This document shows positions 29,384-39,849 of a stretch of 64,000 nucleotides of DNA, one piece after another. Numbering within the stretch: the first letter of the stretch is position 1; each line of letters begins with the position of its first letter. This DNA is from Deltaproteobacteria bacterium (GTDB lineage Bacteria; Myxococcota; Kuafuiibacteriia; Kuafuiibacteriales; Kuafuiibacteriaceae), in the NCBI GenBank assembly GCA_040218735.1, contig JAVJQW010000062.1:341838-405837 (forward strand), written 5' to 3'. The position numbers were made by a program, and so were the translations under genes. The notes under the pieces are model-generated. The model did not search any database. It was not told the origin of the DNA and was given only the letters and a program-made list of their open reading frames with translations.

Positions 29384-30202
29384 TCAGCGCCGCCCGTCGA
29401 GCGCGCGCACGTACTTCACGATCCCCGCGCCCAGCGCCCGGCCCGCCGCCTTCTGCCCGCGCGCCGTCGCCAGATACGATCCCTGCTTCGCGTTCGACAG
29501 GTACCCCAGCTCCACCAGCGCCGCCGCCATGCGCGAGCGCTTCAGCACCTTGAACGGCGCCTGCCGCAGCCCGCGGCTCGGGCGTAGGCCCCCCACGCGC
29601 CCGAGCTGATCCTGGATCCGCTTCGCCAGCCGCGCGCTCTCGCGGTGCGCGACCGAGCGCGCGAGGTCCGCCAGGATGAAGTCCACGTCGCCGCCCGCCG
29701 TGTTCCCGCCGCCGAACGACTCCTCGTTCAGGAAGCGCCCCTCTTCCTCGCCGCCCTCCTCCAGATGCAGGAGCGCCGAGGCGTCCTCGTCCGAGGCCTC
29801 CGCGGAGAGCACGTACGTCTCACAGCCGCGCCGCTGCGGGACCGGCGCGTAGTTCGCGTGGATCGAGACAAACGCCGTCGCCCCCACGTCGTTCGCGAGC
29901 GACGCGCGACGCGACAGGCCGACGTTCACGTCCGTCGTCCGCGTCATCACCACGCGCACCCCCTTCGACTCGAGGTACCGCTTCGCGTGCCGCGCCACGC
30001 CCAGCACGATCGTCTTCTCCGGTATGCCCGTCGGCGTCCGCGTCCCCGTCGCGCCGCCGCCGTGCCCTGCGTCGATCACCACGACCGGCGCCGCGGCCTC
30101 CGCGATCGCGGGGAGCAGCACGGCTGTGAGCGCAGCGACCGCGAATCGCGTCGCCGCCCGCCTCCGTACCCGCTCTCGCGAGCTCCCGATCACTTCGACC
30201 AC
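29384..30202 (-). CDS. N-acetylmuramoyl-L-alanine amidase (Amidase_3)
   Basis: IDAGHGG, EK, FVSIHAN, LVELGYLSN. Confidence 0.92.
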   Translation of the reverse strand: MVEVIGSSRERVRRRAATRFAVAALTAVLLPAIAEAAAPVVVIDAGHGGGATGTRTPTGIPEKTIVLGVARHAKRYLESKGVRVVMTRTTDVNVGLSRRASLANDVGATAFVSIHANYAPVPQRRGCETYVLSAEASDEDASALLHLEEGGEEEGRFLNEESFGGGNTAGGDVDFILADLARSVAHRESARLAKRIQDQLGRVGGLRPSRGLRQAPFKVLKRSRMAAALVELGYLSNAKQGSYLATARGQKAAGRALGAGIVKYVRALDGRR

Positions 30203-31995
30203 GCCTCGGAGATCGTCGCGTCGATCTCCATCGGGACGCGCTTCACGAACTCCGCGCCCGCCGACTTCATCTCGCGCACCAGGATGTCACGCGCCGCTTC
30301 GGCGTCGCCCTCGGCGGCCTCCACGACCAGCTCGTCGTGGACCATGTTCACCAGGAACGCGTCGACGCCCGCCTCCTTGAACGCCGGCACCACCCGCGCC
30401 ATCGCGAGTTTGATGATGTCCGCGTTGGTGCCCTGCACGGGCATGTTCTTCGCGACGCGCACGACCGTGTGCTCCTCGCGACCGTCGCGCCGCATGTCGA
30501 GCAGCCAGAAGCGCCGCCCCGACATCGTCTCCGCGTAGCCTCGCCGGATGGCCTCGCGCGCGGAGCTCTCCAGGTAGCCGCGGATCTTCGGGAACGAGCG
30601 GAAGTACGCGTCCAACAGGCGCTCGCCCTCCTGCACGTTCACGTCGAGCTGCCGCGCCAGCCCCGCCGCGCCCATCCCGTACGCCAACCCGAAGTTGATC
30701 GCCTTCGCGCGCGCGCGCAGATCCGGGTTCTCGGTCTTCGACACCGGCTTTCGGAACAACCGCGACGCGACCGTCGCGTGCAGGTCCTCCCCGCGCAGGA
30801 AGGTGTCGCGGAAGACCGGGTCCTTCGACAGCTCCGCGATGATCCGCAGCTCGGCCCCGGAGTAGTCCGCCGTGATGATCTTGCGCCCCTCGGGCGCCGC
30901 AAAACACGCCCGGAACTCGGAGCCCGACGGGATGTTCTGCAGGTTCGGCTCCGCACACGAAGCGCGCCCCGTGCTCGCCCCGACCGAACGGAAGCGCGGG
31001 TGCAGCCGCCCCGTCTTGGAGTGCACGTGCGCCAAGAAGGCGTCCCCGTACGTCGACACCGTCTTCTGCTGCTCGCGGTACTCGGCGAGCTTCATCGCCG
31101 CCGGGTGCCCGGTCGCCACCAGCACCTCGCGCCGTGTCGTCGTCAGCTTCACACCGAGCTTCTCGAGCGCGGAGAGGACCTCGTCGTCGCTGTCGTAGTT
31201 GAGCGTCGTCCCGCCGAACAGGTCGCGGTCGGCGACCTCCCAGAACTCGCGATCCAGCTCCTTCCTCGCCGCCGCGCTCCCGGTGCGCGCGCCGTCGAGC
31301 TGCTTCGACCACGCCTCGGTGTCGATCGCGATGCCCCGCAGCTCCATCTGCGCGAACCCGATCGACGCCGCCCCCTCCAACGCCGCGACCCGCACCAGCT
31401 TGTCGCGCTCGATCTGCGGGAGCTGCTCGGCGAAGACCTTCCAGGTGGCCTCCACGTCGCGCGCCGCGTAGTACAGCTCCGCCTCCGACAGCTCGTCGAC
31501 GGACGACAGCCCGTAGAAGCCTTGGCGGATCGACTTGTCGAGCTCCATGCCCGCGTAGCGCTCCGCGAGGGTCTTCAGCGCGAAGCCCTGCATCACCACG
31601 TCCGACTTGCGACCGTTTCGCAGCAGCTTCTCCGTAGACTGCGTGTCTGCGATCCGCGCGTGCTGTAGGCCCAGGGCGTCGCCGTAGTAGTTCCACAGCA
31701 TCTTCAGGTCGAATGTGGCGTTGTGCATCACCACGATCCGATCCGGCCTAAAGATCGGCGCGAGGTGGTGCGCCTCCACCGCGTTCGCCGCCACGAGGGC
31801 CTGCTCGGTCGCCGTCCCGAACTGAATCAGCAGGAGGTTGTCGTTGTGGGGGTCGAGCCCGGACGTCTCCGTGTCCAACGCGATGAACGGCGCGGATCCT
31901 ATCGTCTCCAGGAAACGGGCGACCTCGGCGGGGTCCTTGATGACGTCGACTTCCGACACGGCGGTTCTCGCCCAGAGCAGCCCGGTCCGGGCCAC
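30190..31995 (-). CDS. Family A DNA polymerase with 3'-5' exonuclease and no 5'-3' exonuclease domain
   Basis: ExoI DTETSG, ExoII HNATFD, ExoIII YAARD; motif A DYSGAELR, motif B RAKAINFGLAYG, motif C VHDE. Confidence 0.92.
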   Translation of the reverse strand: MARTGLLWARTAVSEVDVIKDPAEVARFLETIGSAPFIALDTETSGLDPHNDNLLLIQFGTATEQALVAANAVEAHHLAPIFRPDRIVVMHNATFDLKMLWNYYGDALGLQHARIADTQSTEKLLRNGRKSDVVMQGFALKTLAERYAGMELDKSIRQGFYGLSSVDELSEAELYYAARDVEATWKVFAEQLPQIERDKLVRVAALEGAASIGFAQMELRGIAIDTEAWSKQLDGARTGSAAARKELDREFWEVADRDLFGGTTLNYDSDDEVLSALEKLGVKLTTTRREVLVATGHPAAMKLAEYREQQKTVSTYGDAFLAHVHSKTGRLHPRFRSVGASTGRASCAEPNLQNIPSGSEFRACFAAPEGRKIITADYSGAELRIIAELSKDPVFRDTFLRGEDLHATVASRLFRKPVSKTENPDLRARAKAINFGLAYGMGAAGLARQLDVNVQEGERLLDAYFRSFPKIRGYLESSAREAIRRGYAETMSGRRFWLLDMRRDGREEHTVVRVAKNMPVQGTNADIIKLAMARVVPAFKEAGVDAFLVNMVHDELVVEAAEGDAEAARDILVREMKSAGAEFVKRVPMEIDATISEAWSK

Positions 31996-32075
31996 TCGGT
32001 CAACGCGTATCCTCGCGAAAATCGTTGGGGCCCTTTCACAAAAATTTTTAGGGCCGCTAACCTCCGGTCGGTCGC

Positions 32076-33611
32076 ATGGCGAAGCGCATCATCGGCATCG
32101 ATCTCGGGACGACGAACTCCTGCGCGGCCGTCGTCGAGGGCGATGACCAGAAGGTGAAGCTCATCCCGTACCGGGGCGGGGAGTACACGATCCCGTCGAT
32201 CTTCGCCGTCGACGACAAGGGCAACGAGCTCGTCGGCCACGACGCCAAGCGTCAGTGGCAGCTCAACCCGAAGAACACCATCTACGGCTCCAAACGCCTC
32301 ATGGGTAAGGAGTACGACGTCGAAACGGCGAAGAAGATCCGCGATCACTTCGTCTACCAGGTCCACGAGCAGCCCGAGACCGCGGAGGTCCTGGTCGAGG
32401 TCAACCGCGTCCGGCTCGGCCTCCCGCAGGTCGCCGCGAAGATCCTGCAGAAGATCCGCGACGTCGCCGCCGACTACCTCCAGGCGCCGGTCGAAAAGGC
32501 CGTCGTCACGGTGCCCGCATACTTCAACGACCGGCAGCGTCAGGCCGTGAAGGAAGCCGGCCAGATCATCGGCCTCGACATCCTCCGCATCATCAACGAG
32601 CCGACCGCGGCCGCCCTCGCCTTCGGCGTCGGACGCGGCCTCGAGAAGGAGACGATGGCGATCTTCGATCTCGGCGGCGGTACGTTCGACATCTCGGTGA
32701 TCGAGATCCGCGACCGCGTCTTCGAGGTGAAGGCGACGGGCGGCGACATCTTCCTGGGCGGCGTCGACTTCGACAACCGCATCATCGACTGGGTCATCGA
32801 GAGCTTCTCGGCCGCGCACCCCGGCGTGGATCTGCGCCAGGACCCGATCGCGATGCAGCGGATCAAGGACCTCGCCGAGCGCTCCAAGATCGATCTCACG
32901 GACCGCCAGGAGTGCGCGTTCAACATCCCGTTCATCACGATGACGCCGGAGGGCCAGCCCCTCGACGTCGACCTCAAGCTCACGCGTCACATCCTCGAGA
33001 CCCGCACGCAGGATCTCGTGGACCGCACCATCAAGACCTGTCGCCGCGTCTGCGAGGACGCGCAGACGACACCGGACGCGATCGACCACGTGCTCCTCGT
33101 CGGCGGCATGACGCGGATGCCCGCGGTGCAGAAGGCGGTGTCCGGGTTCTTCGGCAAACAGCCGAGCAAACAGGTCAACCCGGACGAGGCGGTCGCGATC
33201 GGCGCGGCGATGTTCGCGTACTCGCTGGAGGACAACTCGGACCTGAAGGTCCAGCTCCTCGACGTCATCCCGATGGCGATCGGCATCGAGAACGCACGCG
33301 GCGAGCTGCACGAGATCTTCCCGCGCCAGGAGGCGGTCCCGAACATGAAGTCGCTCTCGTTCACGACGAGCGCCGACAACCAGCAGGACCTCCAGATGCG
33401 CATCTTCCAGGGCGATCAGCCGATGGCGCGCGACAACGAGGCGCTCGGGGAGTTCACGTTCTCGGGCATCCGCCTCGCGCCGGCCGGCCAGGTCCGCGTG
33501 CAGGTCACGTTCTCGCTCACGCAGGACGGCATCCTCTCCATGTCCGCGAAGGACGAGGACACCGGGGCGGAGATGAAGACGACCGTGAAGCTCGGCGCGC
33601 GGACGTACTGA
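32076..33611 (+). CDS. Hsp70/DnaK-family paralogue lacking the C-terminal lid
   Basis: GIDLGTTNS, TVPAYF, RIINEPTAAA, DLGGGTFD, NPDEAVA; ends at 511 aa. Confidence 0.93.
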   Translation: MAKRIIGIDLGTTNSCAAVVEGDDQKVKLIPYRGGEYTIPSIFAVDDKGNELVGHDAKRQWQLNPKNTIYGSKRLMGKEYDVETAKKIRDHFVYQVHEQPETAEVLVEVNRVRLGLPQVAAKILQKIRDVAADYLQAPVEKAVVTVPAYFNDRQRQAVKEAGQIIGLDILRIINEPTAAALAFGVGRGLEKETMAIFDLGGGTFDISVIEIRDRVFEVKATGGDIFLGGVDFDNRIIDWVIESFSAAHPGVDLRQDPIAMQRIKDLAERSKIDLTDRQECAFNIPFITMTPEGQPLDVDLKLTRHILETRTQDLVDRTIKTCRRVCEDAQTTPDAIDHVLLVGGMTRMPAVQKAVSGFFGKQPSKQVNPDEAVAIGAAMFAYSLEDNSDLKVQLLDVIPMAIGIENARGELHEIFPRQEAVPNMKSLSFTTSADNQQDLQMRIFQGDQPMARDNEALGEFTFSGIRLAPAGQVRVQVTFSLTQDGILSMSAKDEDTGAEMKTTVKLGARTY

Positions 33612-33736
33612 CGCCTGCGTTCTTCGGTCCGCATGTTTCAGGGCAACGCCGCAGCCTGCCTGCGGACAAACGTCCGCACTCGACACCGATTCCGTACGAC
33701 CCGCGGGCGGTACGCGACTTGGATGAATGGCCGACG

Positions 33737-35011
33737 ATGAAGCTGTATGGGCTCTACGTGATTCCCTGCTGCGCGCTGTTCGCGTGCAGCGGCGCCTCCG
33801 AGGTCGCGGGCCTCGAGCGCGACGCCGGCGTCGACACCGCGCGGGACGCCGGTGAAGGTGTACGCGACGGCGGCGCCCCGGTCGACGCGGGCCTCACCGA
33901 CGCGGGCGGCGAAGCGGGCGGCGACGCGGGCACCGCGCGCGACGGCGGTGCGATTCGCGACGCCGGTGAAGGACGCGACGGCGGCGGCTCGTTCCTGAGC
34001 GACTGGTTCGCCAACTACAACGAGGGCCAGGGCACGGACTACCTGAGCGCCCCGTACACGACGAACGTCGGCGGCGACCCGCGCTACCCGAACGTCGCGC
34101 ACACGCACTACGAGGACGTCCCGTACGGCCCCTTCCCCAGGAACGCGCTCGACTTCTGGCAGGCCGACACCTCGACGCCCGCGCCGGTGATCGTGTTCAT
34201 CCACGGCGGCGGCTTTCAGGGCGGCAGCCGCGATCAGGTCCACGCCAACGGCATCCTCGTCCCGTCGCTCTTGAGCCAGGGCATCTCGTTCGCGGCGATC
34301 AGCTACCGCTGGGCCTACCGCGATCCCGACGCCGCGTTGATGGCGCCCATCCCCAACGACATCGGCACGGAGCACGACGTCAACGGCACCCGCCTCGACT
34401 ACATCCTCCGCGACTGCGCGCGCGCCATTCAGTATATTCGCTACCGCGCGGCGGAGTGGAACGTGGATCCGGATCGCATCGCGGCCTACGGTGGCTCGGC
34501 CGGTGCGGGCTGCGCGACGTGGACGGCGGCGGTCGAGGACCTCGCGGTGCCGGACCACGCCGACCCGGTGCTGCGCGAATCGACGAGCCTGTGGGCGTTC
34601 GGGCACACCAACGGGCAGGTCTCCTACGACTTCCTGCGCTGGGCGCCGCTGCTGATGATGGACGAGGCGTTCGTGCGCGATCAGGTCGGCACGGAGATCG
34701 TGCGCCTCACGCAGACGAGCATCGCCGACATGGAGAACACCCCGGAGGGCCAGGCGCTGCGGCGCGTGCTCGACTACTACGAATGGCTCGACGGCGACGA
34801 CCCGCCGTTCATCACGCAGAACCAGAACGCGGATCTCGACGAGGCGATGATCACCGACCGCAGCCAGGTCATCCACCACCCGCGCGGGCACGTCGCGCTG
34901 TACCGTCGCTGCCAGGACGAAGGCGGCACTTGTGAGATCAACACCCGCATCGAGCGCTCGGCGTATCGCGGTAACGTCATCCAGTACCTCGTCCAGCAGC
35001 TGACCCGCTGA
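33737..35011 (+). CDS. Lipoprotein alpha/beta hydrolase (HSL-like esterase)
   Basis: ATG 33737 with lipobox LFAC; DAG linker; HGGGF; GGSAG. Confidence 0.85.
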   Translation: MKLYGLYVIPCCALFACSGASEVAGLERDAGVDTARDAGEGVRDGGAPVDAGLTDAGGEAGGDAGTARDGGAIRDAGEGRDGGGSFLSDWFANYNEGQGTDYLSAPYTTNVGGDPRYPNVAHTHYEDVPYGPFPRNALDFWQADTSTPAPVIVFIHGGGFQGGSRDQVHANGILVPSLLSQGISFAAISYRWAYRDPDAALMAPIPNDIGTEHDVNGTRLDYILRDCARAIQYIRYRAAEWNVDPDRIAAYGGSAGAGCATWTAAVEDLAVPDHADPVLRESTSLWAFGHTNGQVSYDFLRWAPLLMMDEAFVRDQVGTEIVRLTQTSIADMENTPEGQALRRVLDYYEWLDGDDPPFITQNQNADLDEAMITDRSQVIHHPRGHVALYRRCQDEGGTCEINTRIERSAYRGNVIQYLVQQLTR

Positions 35012-35051
35012 CACGAGCCCACCTCGACAGCGGCGACGGGACGCGCTCTAT

Positions 35052-35573
35052 ATGCGCGTCATGAGCAACGACGATCAGACCGACAACCCCGTCCAGGTGA
35101 GGAAGCCGCTCCGGCGCGAGAACTCGAACGTCGACTTCGTGCAGCGCGGCGGCGAGGTCAAAGTGATCGTGACGCAGGCCTTCGGCCCCAACGGCGACAG
35201 CCTGATCGGCGTGAGCGACGTGACCTTCGACGGCCACCCCGCCCTCACGCTGAAGGTCCGCGCCGGCGACCGCGAGGGCCTCGTCCACCTCAGCCCGATC
35301 CACGGCGACCCCCGCAAGTCCGGCTTCACCGACATCGCGATCGGCACCAAGTGCGAGCTGCTCTGCCCCACCTCCGGCGACCCGCTCCCGAAGCTCCCCG
35401 CCGTCCCCGGCGACGAGGGCACGACCTACTACGGCATCTACCTCACGCCCGACTGCTCGGAGCGCGCCATGGCCGGCATCAGCGACATCTGGGGCCACTA
35501 CCACTCGCGCGTCGTCGACAACTACGAGCTGATCTCCACGTGGATGGACGCGGAGGCGAAGCTCGGAGGTTAG
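35052..35573 (+). CDS. Hypothetical protein
   Basis: High-GC3 codon pattern and globular composition; no function recognised. Confidence 0.7.
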   Translation: MRVMSNDDQTDNPVQVRKPLRRENSNVDFVQRGGEVKVIVTQAFGPNGDSLIGVSDVTFDGHPALTLKVRAGDREGLVHLSPIHGDPRKSGFTDIAIGTKCELLCPTSGDPLPKLPAVPGDEGTTYYGIYLTPDCSERAMAGISDIWGHYHSRVVDNYELISTWMDAEAKLGG

Positions 35574-36177
35574 ATCCAATGCCGTTGACTCTAGCGGAGC
35601 TGGTCTGCCGGGAATGGACGGGGCGTGACGCGCCCGACTCACCTTGGAACGATCGCCCTACGCTGGAGTGCCCCGCCGGCCCGCGCGGTCCGCGCTCCAT
35701 GTAGGCAGGAGGACGGCGGGTCGGCTCCGCTCGCTGGTCGGAGGCACTCGCAATGCTCCCCATGTAGCGCTCGCGGCGCGGTCATCCCCCAGGTGGATCT
35801 TCGTGGCCTCGGACGCGAGTAACCCAAGCCGCCTTCGACGCGTTCACGAGGCCACTGGAATCAGCGTCGGATGATTGCGCCGGCGGCGGTCGACGGCTGC
35901 GATGGACCGGTGAGGTTCGCCGGCCCGTAAGAGGGGATGGGTGGCCGGTTGCGCAAGTTGAGTTGCGGAAGAATCTTCTTTCTTACTTTTGGGGTTGACG
36001 GAATCAACGGCCCTGTCCTGGCCATCTCCTCGACGAACACAGTCCGTTTCGAAGTTTTCGAGCTTGGACCCGTCTTCGGGCGCTGACGGTCAGTATTGCG
36101 CGTCCTCGCGGTTCCCAGACCGTCATCCTCGAGGCCTGCCAAATCGCGTTTCGAGGGCTCGATGATACCTTCGATGC

Positions 36178-36894
36178 ATGAGCCCGAACGCTTGCAAGCT
36201 GTCTTGCATGACCCAAAACGATCTCGACGACAACGCCCACAGCCTCGTCGAGCAGGCGAAAAACAAGTCCAAGGCCGAGGTCGAGATGCTGGTCGCTACC
36301 GAGTTCCCCGGCGCGAAGAGCTGCGAAGATTGCGTCGAGGCGGCGACGCCCGACACGTTCGCTCTTCACTTCGATGGGAGCGCCGAAGCGAAGGCGCTCT
36401 TGGATCGTGCCAAGGAGCTCACCCCGCCCGGGACCGACATCGGGGAGATCTTCGAAGCGGCGCTCGCGCTCTACGTGGACAAGCTGGAGAAGAGGAAGAA
36501 CGGGAAGACGAGCCGTCCGCGATCGAAACCCGCCGAGGATGCGCCAGCGGGCGCAGCGTACGTCCCGGCGGCAACGCGGCGTGCGGTGGTCGAGCGCGAC
36601 GGCGCCCAGTGCACGTACGTGAGCCCGGACGGTCGGCGATGCAGCGAACGGTCGAACCTCGAATTCGATCATGTCGGCGGACGCGCGCTGGGCGCCAAGA
36701 GCGTGGTCGGGGAGTTGCGATTACTGTGTCGCGCGCACAACCTTCACGCGGCGAGCGAAGTGTTGGGTCGCGCCTTCGTCGCCCGAAGGATTCACGAGCG
36801 CCGCTCCACCCAGACCAGGCCAGGCTCGGGTCTCGAGCCTCCTCGGCGTGAAGCGCATCCAGCGCCACGCGCACGCGCGGAGGGCGGCACGTGA
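36178..36894 (+). pseudogene. HNH endonuclease-domain protein (myxobacterial type), probably N-terminally truncated or degenerate
   Basis: 'RRAVVERDGAQCTYVSPDGRRC...LEFDH...LRLLCRAHN'; atypical codon usage; long non-coding flanks. Confidence 0.6.
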
Positions 36895-37089
36895 CCAGCC
36901 GGTGTTCGAGAGCGCGGCCCTCCTTCGGAGCACTGGGCTCCGCGGCCCCCCGCCTTCACCAGCCCGGCGAAACCGCGGACGAGGGACGCGGCGCTCCGCG
37001 GCGCCGGCGCGCTGACCTACGTCGAGGCGCCCCTCGGCGCCCGTTGGGGGCCCGAGGCAGGCACGTCCGCTAAGCGAACGGCAGTGCCT

Positions 37090-38523
37090 CTAACCCCGGT
37101 CGCCGAGGTCGGGCGTCGGCTCCAGGCCGAAGAACCGCATCAACGACATCCCCGGGATGGCTTCGTCGTTGTCGCGGATCATCTCGATCAGGCGCGGCTC
37201 GAGCTCGCCGTCGATGCGCTCCTGGACGTCCTCGCGGAGGCCTTCCATCTGGCTCGGCGAGAAGTGGATGTCCGAGCGCATCGCGACCTGGGGCTCCGCG
37301 AGCACCGCGATGAGCAGGCCGAGCGCGCGCACGCCGTCCACGGCGTCTTCCGGGCCGAGGCGATACTGAAGCGAAACCTGGCCGCCCGGCTGCAGGCTGA
37401 ATTGCGAGAGGTCCATGCGCGCCAGGATGGCGTCGGACTCGCCGGCCTTCGTGATGCCGACCGGCTCGCTGAAGTCGACGTTGATGCGGTCGAGCCGCAG
37501 CTCGGAGAAGGCGCCCGCGAGGCGCGCGTCGAAGTCGACGCGCGTGCCCGCCGCGATGTTCGCCTCGCTCCCGGTCTCACCGAGAGGCAACGTCACGTCG
37601 TCGGGGACCGTGAAGCCGAACCCGAAGCGCGGCGCCGACGCCGAACCGGAGCGCGACGCCTCCGACGCCGTGCCGGAGAACAGATCGACGACCTGCTGCA
37701 GGCGCGTCTCCAGCTCGGGATCCGAGAAGGGATCGTAGCCGGGCTCCTGCATCGCCGCCGGCATCCGCGGGCGCATGTGCTTGTCCGCCAGCGAGCTGAT
37801 CGAGTTTTCGTACCAGCTGTCGAGACCGAACCCCTCCGCGTCCGCGGAGAAGGTGCCCGTGTGGAAGTCGAAGCGGATCGAACGCACCGTCGGATCCGGC
37901 GCCCAGTCCGCGCGCCACTGCACGGAAGGCGTCGCGACGATCGAGAAGCCGCCGCGATCGATCCGCACCTGCAGCCGCGTCCCCGGCGGGGCCTCCAGGC
38001 CCGTGCCGTCGGGGCCCGGCACCAAGCCCTCGTCCAGGGTGATGGAGAACGACGCGTAGCGAAGGCGACTCAGCACCTGTTCGCGGGTCAGGCCCGGCGC
38101 GAACGTCTCGCCGATCTCCGCCAGCGCGGCGGAGAAGGTCTCGACCTCGTTGCCCTGCGGCGGGGCCTCGGCGACCTGCTCGATCCGCGGACCGGGGTTT
38201 TGCGTCGGCGACGAACCCGGCACGCCGATCAGCGCGCCCATCATCGCCGCGGTGACCCCGAGCCGAACCGCGCGCCCGAAGCGGCTCGCACCGTCGGCGC
38301 GGAAGAAGAACCGCGAGCGCTTCGGCGCCTTCTTCGGCGAGGGCGCATCCGGGGCCTTCAGCTTCGGCGTCGCATCGGTACGCGACGCGTCATCGACACG
38401 CGCGATAGGCTTGACGCCGCCCTGGATGCGATTGGCCGACTGCAAGGGTTCGCCAGGAGTTATCGGCTTCGATCCCCCTGAAGTTGCTCGGCCTTTCGAC
38501 CGGCGGCGTATACCCCCGGTCAT
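37090..38523 (-). CDS. Hypothetical protein with a basic disordered N-terminus, one hydrophobic segment and a beta-rich body
   Basis: ATG 38523 overlaps the upstream stop; high-GC3 codon pattern. Confidence 0.7.
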   Translation of the reverse strand: MTGGIRRRSKGRATSGGSKPITPGEPLQSANRIQGGVKPIARVDDASRTDATPKLKAPDAPSPKKAPKRSRFFFRADGASRFGRAVRLGVTAAMMGALIGVPGSSPTQNPGPRIEQVAEAPPQGNEVETFSAALAEIGETFAPGLTREQVLSRLRYASFSITLDEGLVPGPDGTGLEAPPGTRLQVRIDRGGFSIVATPSVQWRADWAPDPTVRSIRFDFHTGTFSADAEGFGLDSWYENSISSLADKHMRPRMPAAMQEPGYDPFSDPELETRLQQVVDLFSGTASEASRSGSASAPRFGFGFTVPDDVTLPLGETGSEANIAAGTRVDFDARLAGAFSELRLDRINVDFSEPVGITKAGESDAILARMDLSQFSLQPGGQVSLQYRLGPEDAVDGVRALGLLIAVLAEPQVAMRSDIHFSPSQMEGLREDVQERIDGELEPRLIEMIRDNDEAIPGMSLMRFFGLEPTPDLGDRG

Positions 38524-39848
38524 AAGAGCGGCGCGACGATCGCCTGGGCGTGCGCGTTCGCCTGCTCGACGAGCCGCTTGACGTTCACGCCGAGCACCTT
38601 CTTGCGCCGCACCCGCTGCACACCGTCGACCCAGACGTGCTCCACGTCCGAGGCCTGCGCGCTGTACACGAGCACCGAGTAGGGATCGGCGAGCGGCGCC
38701 GAGTGGAGCTGCCGCGGATCCACGACGACCACGTCGGCCTGCTTGCCCTCCTCGAGCGAGCCGATCCGCTCCGACTCGCCGAGCGCCTGCGCGCCGTTGA
38801 GCGTCGCCATCTCGAACACCGTCTTCGCTGGCATCGCCGTCGGCCCGAAGCGCGGCTTGTGGATCAGCGCCGCGAGCCGCATCTCCGTGAACGCGTCGAG
38901 GTTGTTGTTGCAGGGCGCGCCGTCCGCCGCGAGGCCGACGTTGATACCCATCTCCAACAAGTCCGGCACCCGCGCGAAGCCACTCGCGAGCTTGAGGTTC
39001 GACGACGGGCAGTGCGCCACGCTCGTCTTCGTGTCCGCGAGGATGCGCTGCTCGGCCGCCGTCACCCAGACGCAGTGCGCGAACACCGTGTCCTCGCCGG
39101 ACATCCCGAGCTGGTGCAGGTACGCCACGTTGTCCGCACCGCAGCGGTCGCGCACCTGCATGATCTCTTCGCTGTTCTCGGACGCGTGGGTGTGGAGGAT
39201 GAGCCCCCGCTTCCTCGCCTCTTCGACGGAGCGCACCAAGAGCTCCTCGGTGCACGACAGCACGAAGCGCGGCATGAACGCGTAACGCAGCCGCCCGTTC
39301 TCGGCGCCGTGCCACTTCTCCGCGAGGCGGATGCACTCCTCGATCGAATCGTCCGTCGTCTCGCGCAGCCCGGCCGGGAGCCCCTGCCCCTGGTCCATCA
39401 TCGCCTTGCCGATCGTCGCGCGCAGACCGACCTTCTTCACCGCCTCGAACACCGCGTCGGTGTGGCGCACGGTGGCCATGTCGAGAATCGCGGTGGTGCC
39501 CGAGCGCAGCAGCTCCGCCGCGCCGAGCAGCGCCGAGGTGTACAGCGACGCGTGCGAGTGCCCGCCCTCGAACGGCCAGATGCGCTGGCCGAGCCAGTCG
39601 AGGAGCACGAGGTCGTCCGCGAAGCCGCGGAAGAGGGTCTGGCAGAGGTGGGTGTGGGGTTGGATGAGCCCCGGGATCACGTAGCGACCCGCGCAGTCGA
39701 TCGTCTCGTCGACCTTCTTCCGCGTGGGCGCGCCGACGGAGACGATCTTGTCGCCCTCGATCAGCAGGTCCCCGACGCCCACGTGGCGGTCGCCGTTCAT
39801 CGTCACCAACGTGCCGCCCTTGAGCAGGGTGCGGATCGCGCGCGCCAT
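38520..39848 (-). CDS. Amidohydrolase, 5'-deoxyadenosine/MTA-SAH deaminase-like
   Basis: PHTH, HTHASE, AHCVW, HCPSSNLKLASG, ADG, GSLEEGKQADVV. Confidence 0.88.
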   Translation of the reverse strand: MARAIRTLLKGGTLVTMNGDRHVGVGDLLIEGDKIVSVGAPTRKKVDETIDCAGRYVIPGLIQPHTHLCQTLFRGFADDLVLLDWLGQRIWPFEGGHSHASLYTSALLGAAELLRSGTTAILDMATVRHTDAVFEAVKKVGLRATIGKAMMDQGQGLPAGLRETTDDSIEECIRLAEKWHGAENGRLRYAFMPRFVLSCTEELLVRSVEEARKRGLILHTHASENSEEIMQVRDRCGADNVAYLHQLGMSGEDTVFAHCVWVTAAEQRILADTKTSVAHCPSSNLKLASGFARVPDLLEMGINVGLAADGAPCNNNLDAFTEMRLAALIHKPRFGPTAMPAKTVFEMATLNGAQALGESERIGSLEEGKQADVVVVDPRQLHSAPLADPYSVLVYSAQASDVEHVWVDGVQRVRRKKVLGVNVKRLVEQANAHAQAIVAPLL

Positions 39849-39849
39849 C

